Positions 1 to 10,389 of a stretch of DNA of 64,000 nt are shown one piece after another (position 1 is the first letter of the stretch; every line of letters starts with the position of its first letter). Origin of the DNA: a virus; the IMG/VR virus record IMGVR_UViG_3300010371_000001, positions 38,274 to 102,273 of that record; one strand, given 5' to 3'. Made by a program: the position numbers and the translations under genes. The notes beneath the pieces were generated by a model, which searched no databases, was not told where the DNA came from, and worked only from the letters and a program-made list of their open reading frames with translations.

Positions 1-1801
1 CCACGCCGCTGACGGTAAGTTTGCCTCAGGTAGTGGTAAATCGGTGCCAGACATCCGCGTGGAGCCGGGCGAGACAGGCGGCAAATATGCCCGCCTCATC
101 GCACGCGCTGAGGACCATGAATCCATCCATGTGCAATGCACGCATTGTTCTCGCATGAAGAATGGCCCGCTGAGTGGAAGAATTCTCGGCGTGGTCGTGC
201 GCAAGGACGGATGGTCACATGGCATCTGCGCTCCGTGTGAGCACGCCTGGTTGCAACAGTATTTCCAATCCAAGGGCATGAGTCAGGAAATGGCTGAACG
301 GCGGATTGCCTTGTTTATGACGAATCAACCTATCCCTGATGATTTGCTGCTGCCTGGTGAAACACCCTCCGCCGAGCAGCGCGCCCAGCGACTGCGCGTC
401 CTGGCGGCTCATGTGACACAGGTGGCGGAACAGGTGCGTCGTGCAGGCCATCCTTTGCGTGATGGACGTGGGCGTTGGATCGGCTGGGTCGGTGGCGACG
501 GCACGGTGCATATGAATGGCGAAGGCCATGCCCACACGGGATGGGGGGGCGTCACCCACCACAGCGCCAAGGCTGGCAAGAGTGGCGGAGGGACAAAGAC
601 GACAGGCAATCGGGAACTGGATGCCGAGATCGCCAGGCAGCAAGCGCGCATCACTGAGGCAAAACGCCAGTTAACCACGGAAGATGCAAAGCACGATGCT
701 TCGGTTTGGAATTATTATCAGCAGGAAATCAGCGACGCTGAGTACCGTATCAGTGTTGCTCAGCAAAAGGCCGGGATTGCACAGCCAGCACCAGTGTATA
801 AAACCGCAATGACCGATGAGCAATTCTGGCAAGCATTCGCTCGCACTCACCAGCAGATGCAAGCGAAAAACTTGTCTGGCCTTGTCGAAATCCGTGATAT
901 GCAGCGGCACTTCAAGCGTGAATATGGCATGTCAACTAGCGAGTTTTCAGCACGTATGAATGCCATGCGTGAGGATGGAGATCAAGGCGAACATCCAGGC
1001 CGTTTGCATTTTGAAGATGATGGAGAGTCTGGTCGCGCGCCACACTTCTATCATGGACTTGCGTTTCATTATGTTGCGCTGACCGATCTCAGCAAAGGCA
1101 CGCCGAATGCCTATCGTGGTGATCCGTATGAGAAGACAGGGGGCGTGCGCACTGGTGCGCTCATGAAGGCGTTTGATTATGCAGCAAAGGGAAGTGGCGG
1201 CAAATCCGGCGGCACGAAGGCGCTGGGTGAGGCCACCAGCAACGCCGCTGACCACCCATTCGCCGCTGAATATCGCGCCCGCCTCGCCGCCCTGCGCACT
1301 GATGCTGAGAAATCAGGCTATTTCGCCGCGCACCCCGAAGCCGAGAAGGCGCATGCGTCAGCCGAGAAGGCAGCGCGTGGGGGCAAGGGTGGCAAGGCGA
1401 AGACAGCAGGGGCAGAAAAAGTGTGGGCTGATGATGGCCTTGTGCCTATTCGGCGTGTTGAAGGGCGAGAAATCGGTATTGTTGCCCCTCCTGATGCACG
1501 GTTTTTGCGCGAACTCTATGGCCACGATCAGCTGGCCAAGGCACTTGCCCGCTACACACCTGCCAAGATTCGTGAAGCCGCTGACGGCGTTGGTGTCAGT
1601 AGACGAGGGAGTAAGGCAGATATCATCGCTCGTATCCTGGATAAACTCAAGGATGAGCCGGAAACCACGTATTCCCAACTCAAAGAGACACCCCTTGATC
1701 GCATTGATACCCAGCGTGCCGCTCTGCCCCCACACATCGACCTTGCCGCTCTGTCGCATCAAGTGAATAGCGTCATCGCCGATTTACGCCGCATCGCTTA
1801 G
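1..1801 (+). CDS. Modular (polyvalent-like) head-associated protein, 5'-truncated by the window
   Basis: The frame of ORF 44..1801 is open back to position 2 (HAADGKFASGSGK). It has a CxxC..HxxCxxC Zn-finger-like block and domains joined by G/K/S/T-rich linkers, shares GVTHHSAKA with ORF 13970..15631, and lies directly upstream of the prohead protease. Confidence 0.6.
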   Translation, partial: HAADGKFASGSGKSVPDIRVEPGETGGKYARLIARAEDHESIHVQCTHCSRMKNGPLSGRILGVVVRKDGWSHGICAPCEHAWLQQYFQSKGMSQEMAERRIALFMTNQPIPDDLLLPGETPSAEQRAQRLRVLAAHVTQVAEQVRRAGHPLRDGRGRWIGWVGGDGTVHMNGEGHAHTGWGGVTHHSAKAGKSGGGTKTTGNRELDAEIARQQARITEAKRQLTTEDAKHDASVWNYYQQEISDAEYRISVAQQKAGIAQPAPVYKTAMTDEQFWQAFARTHQQMQAKNLSGLVEIRDMQRHFKREYGMSTSEFSARMNAMREDGDQGEHPGRLHFEDDGESGRAPHFYHGLAFHYVALTDLSKGTPNAYRGDPYEKTGGVRTGALMKAFDYAAKGSGGKSGGTKALGEATSNAADHPFAAEYRARLAALRTDAEKSGYFAAHPEAEKAHASAEKAARGGKGGKAKTAGAEKVWADDGLVPIRRVEGREIGIVAPPDARFLRELYGHDQLAKALARYTPAKIREAADGVGVSRRGSKADIIARILDKLKDEPETTYSQLKETPLDRIDTQRAALPPHIDLAALSHQVNSVIADLRRIA

Positions 1802-1886
1802 CTTCATCCCCTCATCCATCACTCTCTAGAGCCATCCGTGAAGGGTGGCTCTTCTGTTGCATCCCGCAGCAGGAGGAACCACCCAC

Positions 1887-4379
1887 ATGGCTGTCAAATT
1901 CAAACAACGCAACCAGAAGGCGCATCATAAGCGCGCCGCATGGTCCAGTGCCTATGTCTCATCATTGCCTGATTCTAGCTTCGCGGCTATAGATGAAGCT
2001 GGACGCCACCTCCCCTACAAAGATAAGGATGGCAAGGTCGATCTGCCTCACCTGCGCAATGCTTTAGCTCGCCTCAATCAGACGCAGATTTCCCCTGATC
2101 TCAAAGCGAAAGCCCGCAAGAAACTGGAAGCCGCCGCCCGGCAGGCTGGTGTGGGCGATTACGATAACGACTCCGAAGGAGAACGCATGACTACCCCCAC
2201 AATGCCCGTCACGCCTGATGATGCGGCGCTGGACCCCCTGGCCCTCTTGCAGCGGGCGCAAGACACGTTCATGGAAGTGGCCGATGCCCTCGGCTATGAC
2301 CCCCTCACACTTGTTGAGCGCGCCAAGAAGAGCGCCCCCGCTGGCGACGAGGATGAGGAAGACGGCGACGACGAGTCCGATGAGGATGAGTCGGAAGACG
2401 AAGATGAGGACGAGGAAGAAGAGGATGTGCCACCGTCCAAGAGCAAGCCCGGCAAGGGCAAGTTCGCGCCACGCTTCACGAAGAAGCGCGAGCAAACGCC
2501 TGAGCCTGTGCTGACCCGTGGCGTGACGGTGAAAGCCTTCACGACGCCGAACCTGGACGAACTGGCCTACATCCCCTTCAACTTCATTAGCCGCAACGAT
2601 GCTGAGAAGCGCGAGGTGGAGGGCGTGCTCAGCAATGAGCAACCCGATACCTTCGGCACGATCTTTGATTACGATAGCATGAAGCGTGCGGTGGAATCCC
2701 GCTGGCATCGCAACGTGCGTGAGCAGCATGACCCCAAGAAAGCCGTTGGGAAGGGCGTCATGGTTATCTGTGATGATGACCAGCGCCAGGTGACGGTGCG
2801 CGCACGTATCAGCAAAGGTGCCGAGGACACCTGGCAGAAGATCCTGGATGGGACGCTCTGCGGTTTTTCCATCGGCGCGGCCAATGCCAAGACCGAGACG
2901 CGCATGATCGGTGATAAGGCCGTTCCATGCTATAAGGATTTCGACCTGGCGGAAATCAGCGTCGTGGATGCGCCTAGCAATCCTGGTGCTGCGCGTAGTG
3001 GCCTCACGCTGTATCGTAGCGCCATCGCCGTGCAAGCGGCAGATGATGTCTACGCCGATGTGCTCGCCGCTGATGAGGTGACAGTCGAGGCCGTCACCTC
3101 ATCAGCGGCAACCGATGCCTCTGCTGAACCTACCATTGCTCCCAGCGTTTCCCTCAGCGAGACGGAGATCGAGCAGCGTGTGGCGGAAGCTGAGGCAGCG
3201 CTGATGCGCGGCGATGCATTCGGTGCGCCACAAGTAACCACTGGCACCCCTGAGGCCAACGATACTGGCACCCCTGCCGTGCCGACCGGTGCTGAACTGG
3301 ATGCTCTGGACAAGGCGATGCACACGGACACGGGCCTCACCCATGCCCATACCCATGCCTACAATCCCAGCACCGTCCACATGGACCAGAACGCGCATCA
3401 CCACAGCGACGGCACCCAGCACGCGCATCACCACATGCACGGCCACGTCGGGCATGGCGATGGCAAGACACCGCATGTGCATGGCCACGAGCATGACCAC
3501 AACTTTCAGCGCGCCGCTGCGGATGGCAAAGGGCCAAATGGCTTCATCGGCGAGGGCGACTCGCGGATGGAAGATTATCTGAGTCTGGTGCAGCGCGCGC
3601 AGAAGCCCTCCGCACCGCCAGCCGCCCTCCCAACCAAAGTTGCGGAGACGAGCGGCAACGCAGCCTCTATTCCTGTGCCATTGGCACGGCCATCAGATCG
3701 CCCGTCGGCCATTCCTGTACCAACGACCGTGTCTGGTGGCAGCATGCCAGCGCCCCTTGCAGAGCGCACGCAAGTCCCTGACGAGACGCGCTATGGCCAG
3801 CGCATCAGCGGCGACACGCGCACTGGCATGCACGAAGGCGCGCTACTCATCTTGCGCACCTGCGGCTGCCCGACGTGCCAGGACGCCATCCAGTGTTACG
3901 ACCCCGACAACGATGGCGACGACGATGTGGACGAGGGCGGCGATACCGATCATGACGCAATGGTCGTCATGCCGCGCGTCCAGCGTGCCCAACTGACCCG
4001 CGCCGTCGCAGGCATCGTCCAGCAGCAAATGCAGCCCATCATCGCACAGCAGCGCCAGATCGCCGCGCGCCTTGCCGGTGTGCAAACCCCGGATCTCTCG
4101 CGCATGCAGACTCAGCTTGACGAGGTGCGCTCCGTATTGACGGAGGTACAAGGTCTCGTGAGTGTGATTGCCGAGCAAGAACAGCCAGGAGCACCCATCG
4201 TGCGTGCCACAGATAAGCGCCTCGCCATTCACCCGACACGGCAACAGGGCGGCATGACGCCCTTTTCCGATGATCAGCTCTCGTTTCTGCGTAAGCAGAA
4301 CCTCCTCACGCAGCCAACTGCGGATCAACAGACCGCATTGGCTGAGCAAGTCTTTCGCCAGCGCCATCCGGGCAGTTAG
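1887..4379 (+). CDS. Prohead protease / scaffold fusion protein
   Basis: AGGAGG precedes ATG 1887. The central HK97/XkdF-like protease motifs are VREQH, GFSIG and EISVVDAPSNP. It also has an N-terminal LPDSSFA..HLRNALAR domain, an acidic run, a His-rich tract and a C-terminal coiled coil, and it precedes the capsid gene. Confidence 0.85.
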   Translation: MAVKFKQRNQKAHHKRAAWSSAYVSSLPDSSFAAIDEAGRHLPYKDKDGKVDLPHLRNALARLNQTQISPDLKAKARKKLEAAARQAGVGDYDNDSEGERMTTPTMPVTPDDAALDPLALLQRAQDTFMEVADALGYDPLTLVERAKKSAPAGDEDEEDGDDESDEDESEDEDEDEEEEDVPPSKSKPGKGKFAPRFTKKREQTPEPVLTRGVTVKAFTTPNLDELAYIPFNFISRNDAEKREVEGVLSNEQPDTFGTIFDYDSMKRAVESRWHRNVREQHDPKKAVGKGVMVICDDDQRQVTVRARISKGAEDTWQKILDGTLCGFSIGAANAKTETRMIGDKAVPCYKDFDLAEISVVDAPSNPGAARSGLTLYRSAIAVQAADDVYADVLAADEVTVEAVTSSAATDASAEPTIAPSVSLSETEIEQRVAEAEAALMRGDAFGAPQVTTGTPEANDTGTPAVPTGAELDALDKAMHTDTGLTHAHTHAYNPSTVHMDQNAHHHSDGTQHAHHHMHGHVGHGDGKTPHVHGHEHDHNFQRAAADGKGPNGFIGEGDSRMEDYLSLVQRAQKPSAPPAALPTKVAETSGNAASIPVPLARPSDRPSAIPVPTTVSGGSMPAPLAERTQVPDETRYGQRISGDTRTGMHEGALLILRTCGCPTCQDAIQCYDPDNDGDDDVDEGGDTDHDAMVVMPRVQRAQLTRAVAGIVQQQMQPIIAQQRQIAARLAGVQTPDLSRMQTQLDEVRSVLTEVQGLVSVIAEQEQPGAPIVRATDKRLAIHPTRQQGGMTPFSDDQLSFLRKQNLLTQPTADQQTALAEQVFRQRHPGS

Positions 4380-4466
4380 CCCGCTAGAGATATCTCCCCA
4401 CACATGTTTGCTTGTCCATTGACGATCATCTCCTGATCGGTGATGGACCAGAAAGGTTTTGGCCTT

Positions 4467-6092
4467 ATGCCCGCTCAAACGATCCCGGTGGGCCAGTATG
4501 CGGATAGTCTGACTGAAGAGACGATCCAACTGGTTCAACAGCGCCTACAAACGGCGAGTGTGACCCGCAACATCAACACCACCACTGGCCTCATTGGCTA
4601 CGATCTGCGTGGTCCTGCGGCTGTCGTGGTGCCAGTAGATACCCCGCTCGTCAACTTCATTCCTCGCGTCAACAATGTTGATCGCTCATCAGACCGGCAT
4701 CACTGGAAAGCCATCCAGTCCTTTGGCTGGAACCAGGTCTCAGGCTTGCCTGGTGTTCGCCAGCAGGCTGCCCTTTCATCGGGTGGCGATCTGCCCTACT
4801 CAACGTTGGACCTGTTCAACACATTCCAGAACATCGCCGTCGATCAGTCCATCACCATGCAGGCCGTTGATCGCGCCGGACTCTTGGAAGGTGATCTGCG
4901 CGCCCGTCGCTTTGGTGAGTTGATCTTTGCGTTCAAGCTCATCGAAGAGAACTGGCTGACGCACTATAGCGACTACCTGTGGGCACCTGCCACACCGTTG
5001 CAGCCCACGACGAAGTCCAGTGGCGGTACCATTGCCGACGGCACCTACTTTGTGTTCGTGAGCGCTACCAATGCGAATGGCGAAACCTTTGCCACTCAGG
5101 CGGCGGCGACAGTCGTCTGTGCATCGGGTGGTGCGAACACCAACACCATCTCATGCACGTATTTCACGGTACCCAACGCAACAGGCTACAACGTGTATGT
5201 GGGTACTGCTGCGAACTCCGCACGCAAGCAGGTGGCCGCGAATTTCAGTGTCCCCAATGGTGCTCTGCCCACCCAGAGCGTCCTCAACATGAACGGCAAC
5301 TCAAGTTTCACGCTCACCAGTATCACGACTGGCGCGAACCAGTTGCCCGCCAGCAATACCGCTGTAGTCGCACAGGATAACGCCTCGTATAACAGCCTAC
5401 CCATCACCAACAATGGCCTCATGGGCCTCATCTTTGGTGGCGGCAACCAAAACTACTCGTCGGGCGTCAACCCCGGACAATCCTCGGCTCCCACGCCGCT
5501 CAGCACCTTTACGGCGGCTGGATCGAATGCCGGGACCGTGGCAACGTCTGGTGGCTTGGGCGTCAATACGATGGGCTGTACTATCCTGCAACCCGCAGCG
5601 GCGAATGGCAAGCTTGCCTACAGCGATATCACCACGGCCTTGCTCATCTTCTACAACCAGGCACGTGCGAAACCGGATAAGATGTGGTGTTCCCCGCAGG
5701 ATAACCAGACGGTGACGAACATCCTCATGAATGCCGGTGGCACTCGCGTGATCTTAAACCCGACGACCGACGACGTGGGTAACATCACGGCTGGTGGCCG
5801 CGTGGGGCGCTTTTGGAACCCCACGACGAACTCGCCGATTGACATTGAGGTATTGCCCTTCTTGCCGCAAGGCACGATCTTATTCGGTTCCACTGTCATG
5901 CCCTACCCGGCCCCCGGCTTTGAGGGTTCGACCATGTGCGTGATGGAAAACAAACCCTATACCGGACTGGATTTCCAGCCGACGCGTGCCAACCCCGTGT
6001 ACGCCTATGAGGTCTACACTGACCAGGTTTTAAAAGTGACATTTCTGGGCGGATTTGGCGCTATTACAGGCATAATCCCCGGTACTTCGTAG
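4467..6092 (+). CDS. Major capsid protein with an inserted FN3/Ig-like domain
   Basis: It follows the protease and has a capsid-like N-terminus (GLIGYDL..PVDTPL..IPRV) and C-terminus (IEVLPFLPQGTI..YEVY). There is an internal beta-rich insert (GTYFVFVSATNANGET..GYNVYVGT). Confidence 0.8.
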   Translation: MPAQTIPVGQYADSLTEETIQLVQQRLQTASVTRNINTTTGLIGYDLRGPAAVVVPVDTPLVNFIPRVNNVDRSSDRHHWKAIQSFGWNQVSGLPGVRQQAALSSGGDLPYSTLDLFNTFQNIAVDQSITMQAVDRAGLLEGDLRARRFGELIFAFKLIEENWLTHYSDYLWAPATPLQPTTKSSGGTIADGTYFVFVSATNANGETFATQAAATVVCASGGANTNTISCTYFTVPNATGYNVYVGTAANSARKQVAANFSVPNGALPTQSVLNMNGNSSFTLTSITTGANQLPASNTAVVAQDNASYNSLPITNNGLMGLIFGGGNQNYSSGVNPGQSSAPTPLSTFTAAGSNAGTVATSGGLGVNTMGCTILQPAAANGKLAYSDITTALLIFYNQARAKPDKMWCSPQDNQTVTNILMNAGGTRVILNPTTDDVGNITAGGRVGRFWNPTTNSPIDIEVLPFLPQGTILFGSTVMPYPAPGFEGSTMCVMENKPYTGLDFQPTRANPVYAYEVYTDQVLKVTFLGGFGAITGIIPGTS

Positions 6093-6117
6093 CTTGGTCG
6101 CTTAGGAGAGATCACGC

Positions 6118-6441
6118 ATGGCAACCAAGAAAGCGAAAGAGGAGGCGGCACACGTGTCGCCTCCTGCCCTTGAACCGCTCTATTCCATTTCACTGCGCAT
6201 GCAAGTGAGTTCACTGGCAGGTGATGCTGAATATCACTTACGCATGCGGCGAGATGAGATTGAAGGCATCCTTAGCGGCAAAGCCACGTGTGTGCGCTTG
6301 CCGTCACGCTACGGGCCATCTCGTGCGCTCGGCCACGCAAATGATGAGTGGCGCTTCCTACCGCTCAGCAATATCGTGGAAATTACCCTCTTTGACTTTG
6401 AATGGCCTGCGGCGGACTACATCGCCGAGGCGGAAGGGTGA
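6118..6441 (+). CDS. Hypothetical head-region protein
   Basis: AGGAGA RBS; collinear with the structural operon. Confidence 0.6.
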   Translation: MATKKAKEEAAHVSPPALEPLYSISLRMQVSSLAGDAEYHLRMRRDEIEGILSGKATCVRLPSRYGPSRALGHANDEWRFLPLSNIVEITLFDFEWPAADYIAEAEG

Positions 6442-6444
6442 GAT

Positions 6445-7647
6445 ATGGCTTCTCAGACCAGTTCCACCGTCAATCATGACGGGAACAACGTGCCATCGGA
6501 TGCGGTATACGTACCGTCATCGACGCCTAATAGCTTTCCAGCGGGAACGGGCGTCATTAATGCCCTCGGCGGCACCGTTGTCACCGATGCGAACAACAAC
6601 ACCGCGGCGGCACAAGTGCTGCAACTGGGCGACCGCACTTTGCCAACTCAGTGTGCGGCTGTTGACCCAGCGGGCAACCTTGCTGTCAAACTGGGCAGTG
6701 GTAGCACGCCCAGCATCGTGCAAAAAGCCAGCAGCGTCAGCACTGGCTCGGTGACGACGCTCACCGCCACCTTCACCAGCAACGTGACAGCAGGCAATAC
6801 CCTCGTGGTTTCTTGTGGCGTGGGCAACAACGCTGCCATTGCCGTGACCGACACGCTTGGCAACACCTATACCCAAGCGTCGCTGGTAGCGAACTCGACC
6901 ACCTTTGAAGCAGCGGTGTTCTTTGCCCCAGTGAAACTCAGTGGGGCCAACACCGTCACCATCACCGTGACCAGTGCCTCGGCGGCGATGGAAATCTACG
7001 AGGTGTCCGGCATCCTGTCGCAGGTTCCGGGCCAGCCGAGTAATGCCAGTACTGGCACTGGCACCGGCACCACCGCTTCCACATCCAACATCGGCGCTGC
7101 GGCCCCAGCATCCCTGGCGTTCCTGGCGGTCTCGGTGGGTACAGCGGCCCAAGCTGTCTCTGTCAGCACGAACACTACATGGACACTGGACAGCACGCAG
7201 AACAGCGCAGGCACCCCGGCGGGCCTGTTCACGTTTGGCGCGCTCAGTCAGAGTGTCAACAATGTGTCCGGCGTGTTGCCCAAAGCGACCCTGGCGGGTT
7301 CCGAGCCGTGGGCGGCGGCCAGCGCGCTCTTCCGCACCGCAGCGGTGCCAGTGGAAGGCACAGTGAGTGTTGGCGGCTACCAGAAGACCAACATCACGAG
7401 TGCCACGACCACGCTGGTGAAAACTGGTGCGGGTGTGCTGCACAGTGTGACGGTCAATAAGATGGTGGCCTCGGCCACGGTCGAGTTGGATGACGCCGTG
7501 ACGAACACTAACTCGTTCGGCATCATCACGCTGCCTGGCACCGTCACCAGCATGGCCCCCTTCACGCTCATCTATGACGCGCCGTTCAGTACTGGTCTGT
7601 CGATTACGACGAGCCAGGCGACGGATGTCACCGTGGTGTGGAAGTAA
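6445..7647 (+). CDS. Virion structural protein (decoration/fibre-like, beta-rich)
   Basis: 400 aa, T/S/A/V/G-rich, in the head module; followed by a hairpin at about 7666-7692. Confidence 0.6.
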   Translation: MASQTSSTVNHDGNNVPSDAVYVPSSTPNSFPAGTGVINALGGTVVTDANNNTAAAQVLQLGDRTLPTQCAAVDPAGNLAVKLGSGSTPSIVQKASSVSTGSVTTLTATFTSNVTAGNTLVVSCGVGNNAAIAVTDTLGNTYTQASLVANSTTFEAAVFFAPVKLSGANTVTITVTSASAAMEIYEVSGILSQVPGQPSNASTGTGTGTTASTSNIGAAAPASLAFLAVSVGTAAQAVSVSTNTTWTLDSTQNSAGTPAGLFTFGALSQSVNNVSGVLPKATLAGSEPWAAASALFRTAAVPVEGTVSVGGYQKTNITSATTTLVKTGAGVLHSVTVNKMVASATVELDDAVTNTNSFGIITLPGTVTSMAPFTLIYDAPFSTGLSITTSQATDVTVVWK

Positions 7648-7735
7648 GGCAATTCCCAATTACAATGGGTGCGGCTGTCATGGCCGCGCCCTTGCGCATG
7701 AGTCCCATCCCTGCGCTTAAGTCGAGGTTCCGCTG

Positions 7736-8947
7736 ATGGCCATCTTCCCCATTTACTGCGATGTTATAGAATTTCTGACTGACAGCGCTGCCGCCATCGA
7801 GACGAACTCGCTCATCGGGGGCAACGCCACGCTACACGCGAGCTATCCTGCTGGCAGCACGTCACTCGTGGTTGATCCGGTGGCACTTGCCCAGACGTAT
7901 GCCATCAGCGGCTTCGGAAGCGGCGCGGTCTCAGTGCAAGCCTGGATTTTGGATGGTCTGCAATGCGAGCAAGTCACCATCACCAACGTCAACACTGGCA
8001 CCAGCACACTCACGCTGGCCAGCCCTGGCACGCAGGTGGCGCATGCGGCAGGCACCAACATTGCCAGCGCAGGCACCGCTGGCAATCTCGCCAAAGCGCT
8101 GGTGGATGCATCGCGCAAAGCCGAGACATTCTGTCGCCAGGGGCCAGCGGGCGTTACAGGCATCACCGGTGGCAACGCAACGGCGCTCACGGGCGGCCCC
8201 TACAGCATCGGGGCAGTTAGCGCGACGGTGCAGAGCAGCGCGGGCCTCGTGGCTGGCGCGGCACTGGTCATCGATGGCCCATCCAGCGAGCGTGTTACCC
8301 TCATCACTGCCACAGACAACGCCATCACCCTCGCCAGCCCTGGCTTCGCCAATACCCATTCCAGTGGCGCAACGGTGGTCATGGCGGCAGGTGGCGACCG
8401 CAACCTCTACGCGCTGCCCCGCACCGAGACCTACAGTCTCACCAGCATGACCGCACATGTGGACAACGACCGCACACTGGTGGTCAATCCGTATCACTTC
8501 CCCGTGACATCGGTGCAGGCGATGACGCTGCAATTCGGCACCTACGCGGGCAATGCGCTCTCTGGCACAGGGCTGGTGTTTCCCAATGATGGACGGCAAA
8601 TCATGCTGCCGTATGTCTCGTGGGGCAGTAGCGCGACCCCCTCGGCGTTCTATCCCCCTGCCTATCTGCGTGACCCCAATGTGTGGCTGCAACTCAGTTA
8701 CACGGCTGGCCCCATTCCCCTGGCGTTTTCTGGCACACCGCAACTCCTGCTGGTGCCGGATGACATCAAGCGCGGTGTGTACATGTATGCGCAGAACTAT
8801 CTGGGCTATCGGCAAAATCCCCTTGGTGCGGCGAATATCCACCAGGGCGACACCAGCCGGGAATACCGGTTACGTGGTGACAAATCCAGCAAGAGCCTAC
8901 TCGTGATGGAAGCGGAAGAAGCATTGCAGCCGTACAAGAGGTGTTGA
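7736..8947 (+). CDS. Head-tail connector/adaptor with inserted beta-rich repeats
   Basis: ASRKAETFC and SYTAG..VPDDIKRGV..L.PYKR motifs are typical of gp6/gp15-like adaptors; position fits. Confidence 0.65.
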   Translation: MAIFPIYCDVIEFLTDSAAAIETNSLIGGNATLHASYPAGSTSLVVDPVALAQTYAISGFGSGAVSVQAWILDGLQCEQVTITNVNTGTSTLTLASPGTQVAHAAGTNIASAGTAGNLAKALVDASRKAETFCRQGPAGVTGITGGNATALTGGPYSIGAVSATVQSSAGLVAGAALVIDGPSSERVTLITATDNAITLASPGFANTHSSGATVVMAAGGDRNLYALPRTETYSLTSMTAHVDNDRTLVVNPYHFPVTSVQAMTLQFGTYAGNALSGTGLVFPNDGRQIMLPYVSWGSSATPSAFYPPAYLRDPNVWLQLSYTAGPIPLAFSGTPQLLLVPDDIKRGVYMYAQNYLGYRQNPLGAANIHQGDTSREYRLRGDKSSKSLLVMEAEEALQPYKRC

Positions 8948-8948
8948 T

Positions 8949-9317
8949 GTGCGCGATACGACGATCACCATCCTGCGTGGCGGTAATAACAATCCAACGA
9001 ATATCCTAGTGGGGTTAGATAACCGCAACGCAACAGGCATCTACGTGCAGGTCGATCAGGCAGATGACAAAGAACTCGCACTGATGCAGCAGGTCTATCA
9101 GTGGTATGGCAAAATCGGGTTCAAAATCAAGACGCACTATTGGAACGCCAACGCCCTGATTAAGCAAGATGATATTTTGGTTGATGAGCGTTTCACCGAC
9201 CCTGATACTGGCGCGCTCTATCGCTATCACGTTGTGGGTCGGCCCAGGGATTTTAGCGAAGGCCCATATGCCGGGGATCATCAGGAGGTTTTCTGTGATG
9301 TGCCGGTGGGTACGTAG
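8949..9317 (+). CDS. Putative head-closure protein
   Basis: Size, position after the adaptor, and a IKQDDILVD..YHVVG pattern. Confidence 0.5.
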   Translation: MRDTTITILRGGNNNPTNILVGLDNRNATGIYVQVDQADDKELALMQQVYQWYGKIGFKIKTHYWNANALIKQDDILVDERFTDPDTGALYRYHVVGRPRDFSEGPYAGDHQEVFCDVPVGT

Positions 9318-9344
9318 CGAAAGAGGAACAGATGAGAGGGACAC

Positions 9345-9608
9345 ATGGCAGTTTTGACTGAGGAGACGGCGCAGGCGGCGCGCATCGCTGCCCAGCAGGA
9401 ATTGTACCGAGACCTGGTGCAGCGCCTCTACCAGCGGGGCAGGCGCGTGGAATTGGAGCCGATGCGCCTGGATGCGCTTTCAACGTTCATGGCAAAACTC
9501 GTGGCGGCTGGGCGTGTGAGCCACGCTGAACTGGAAGAAGAAATCATCACCTATCAGGTGCAGCGGTTGCAGCAGGAATTGCGCACCCTCTCAACACGCC
9601 AGCGGTAA
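9345..9608 (+). CDS. Hypothetical protein
   Basis: GAGGG RBS; in the operon. Confidence 0.5.
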   Translation: MAVLTEETAQAARIAAQQELYRDLVQRLYQRGRRVELEPMRLDALSTFMAKLVAAGRVSHAELEEEIITYQVQRLQQELRTLSTRQR

Positions 9609-9630
9609 TTGCGATGAAGCGAGGCACGAC

Positions 9631-10089
9631 ATGGGACTCATCGGCAACGCCATGTATGGCATCTCCTTCGATCCAGCGAGCATGGCACGCATTGCGGCAC
9701 TGGTCAATGCGCAACCAGTGTTTGCGCGCTATAATCTTGCGGCAATGCGCGTCTGCGTGAACTTGGTCGTCCAAAAGGCAATAGCGAACGCGCCGGTGAA
9801 GGACGGCCATTTGTGGAAAGCCATTCGTGGCTATCCGCTATCCCCCTGGCTTGGCCAAGTCGGTGTTCTTGGTAATATCCCCTACGGTCGGCGGCGCGAG
9901 TTTGGCTTCGACAATATGACCGACAAACTTGGCCGGACGTACTCACGCGGCGATCCTTTGTACACTAACACCGATGCACGCAGTCACATGCACTATCTTG
10001 GTCGCGCACTGGATAGCAGTCGCCCCTTCATCGCCAACGCATTCCGCACCGCTACCCAAATGGCCATCCGTGCCTACATCGCACCATAG
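9631..10089 (+). CDS. HK97 gp10-like neck/tail-completion protein
   Basis: APVKDGHL..YGRRREFG..HYLGRA motif pattern. Confidence 0.7.
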   Translation: MGLIGNAMYGISFDPASMARIAALVNAQPVFARYNLAAMRVCVNLVVQKAIANAPVKDGHLWKAIRGYPLSPWLGQVGVLGNIPYGRRREFGFDNMTDKLGRTYSRGDPLYTNTDARSHMHYLGRALDSSRPFIANAFRTATQMAIRAYIAP

Positions 10090-10100
10090 AAAGTCCATCC

Positions 10101-10388
10101 ATGTACGTGCTCATTTCCACCTGCCCGCACTGCGGCGCACCAATCTATGTCCCCTATGAAAGTTCCTCCGGCCAGCCCCTGCTCTCTGAGAGCGGGCTGT
10201 GGCATGCCGTGCAAGAGCCACGCTTCTCGTGCCAGTGCCGGGAAATTATGGTCGTGGCTCCTGTTGAATGTACGCCTGCTACCGTTACTGATGAAGTGCC
10301 GCCTCGCGCTGAGTATCATCGTCCCCGCCGCACCAGCGGCTATGATGCCATCAAGCCCAGCTTTGGCGTAGGGCGGAAAGAAGGGTAA
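10101..10388 (+). CDS. Small Zn-ribbon protein
   Basis: CPHCGAPIY..CQC motif. Confidence 0.5.
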   Translation: MYVLISTCPHCGAPIYVPYESSSGQPLLSESGLWHAVQEPRFSCQCREIMVVAPVECTPATVTDEVPPRAEYHRPRRTSGYDAIKPSFGVGRKEG

Positions 10389-10389
10389 T

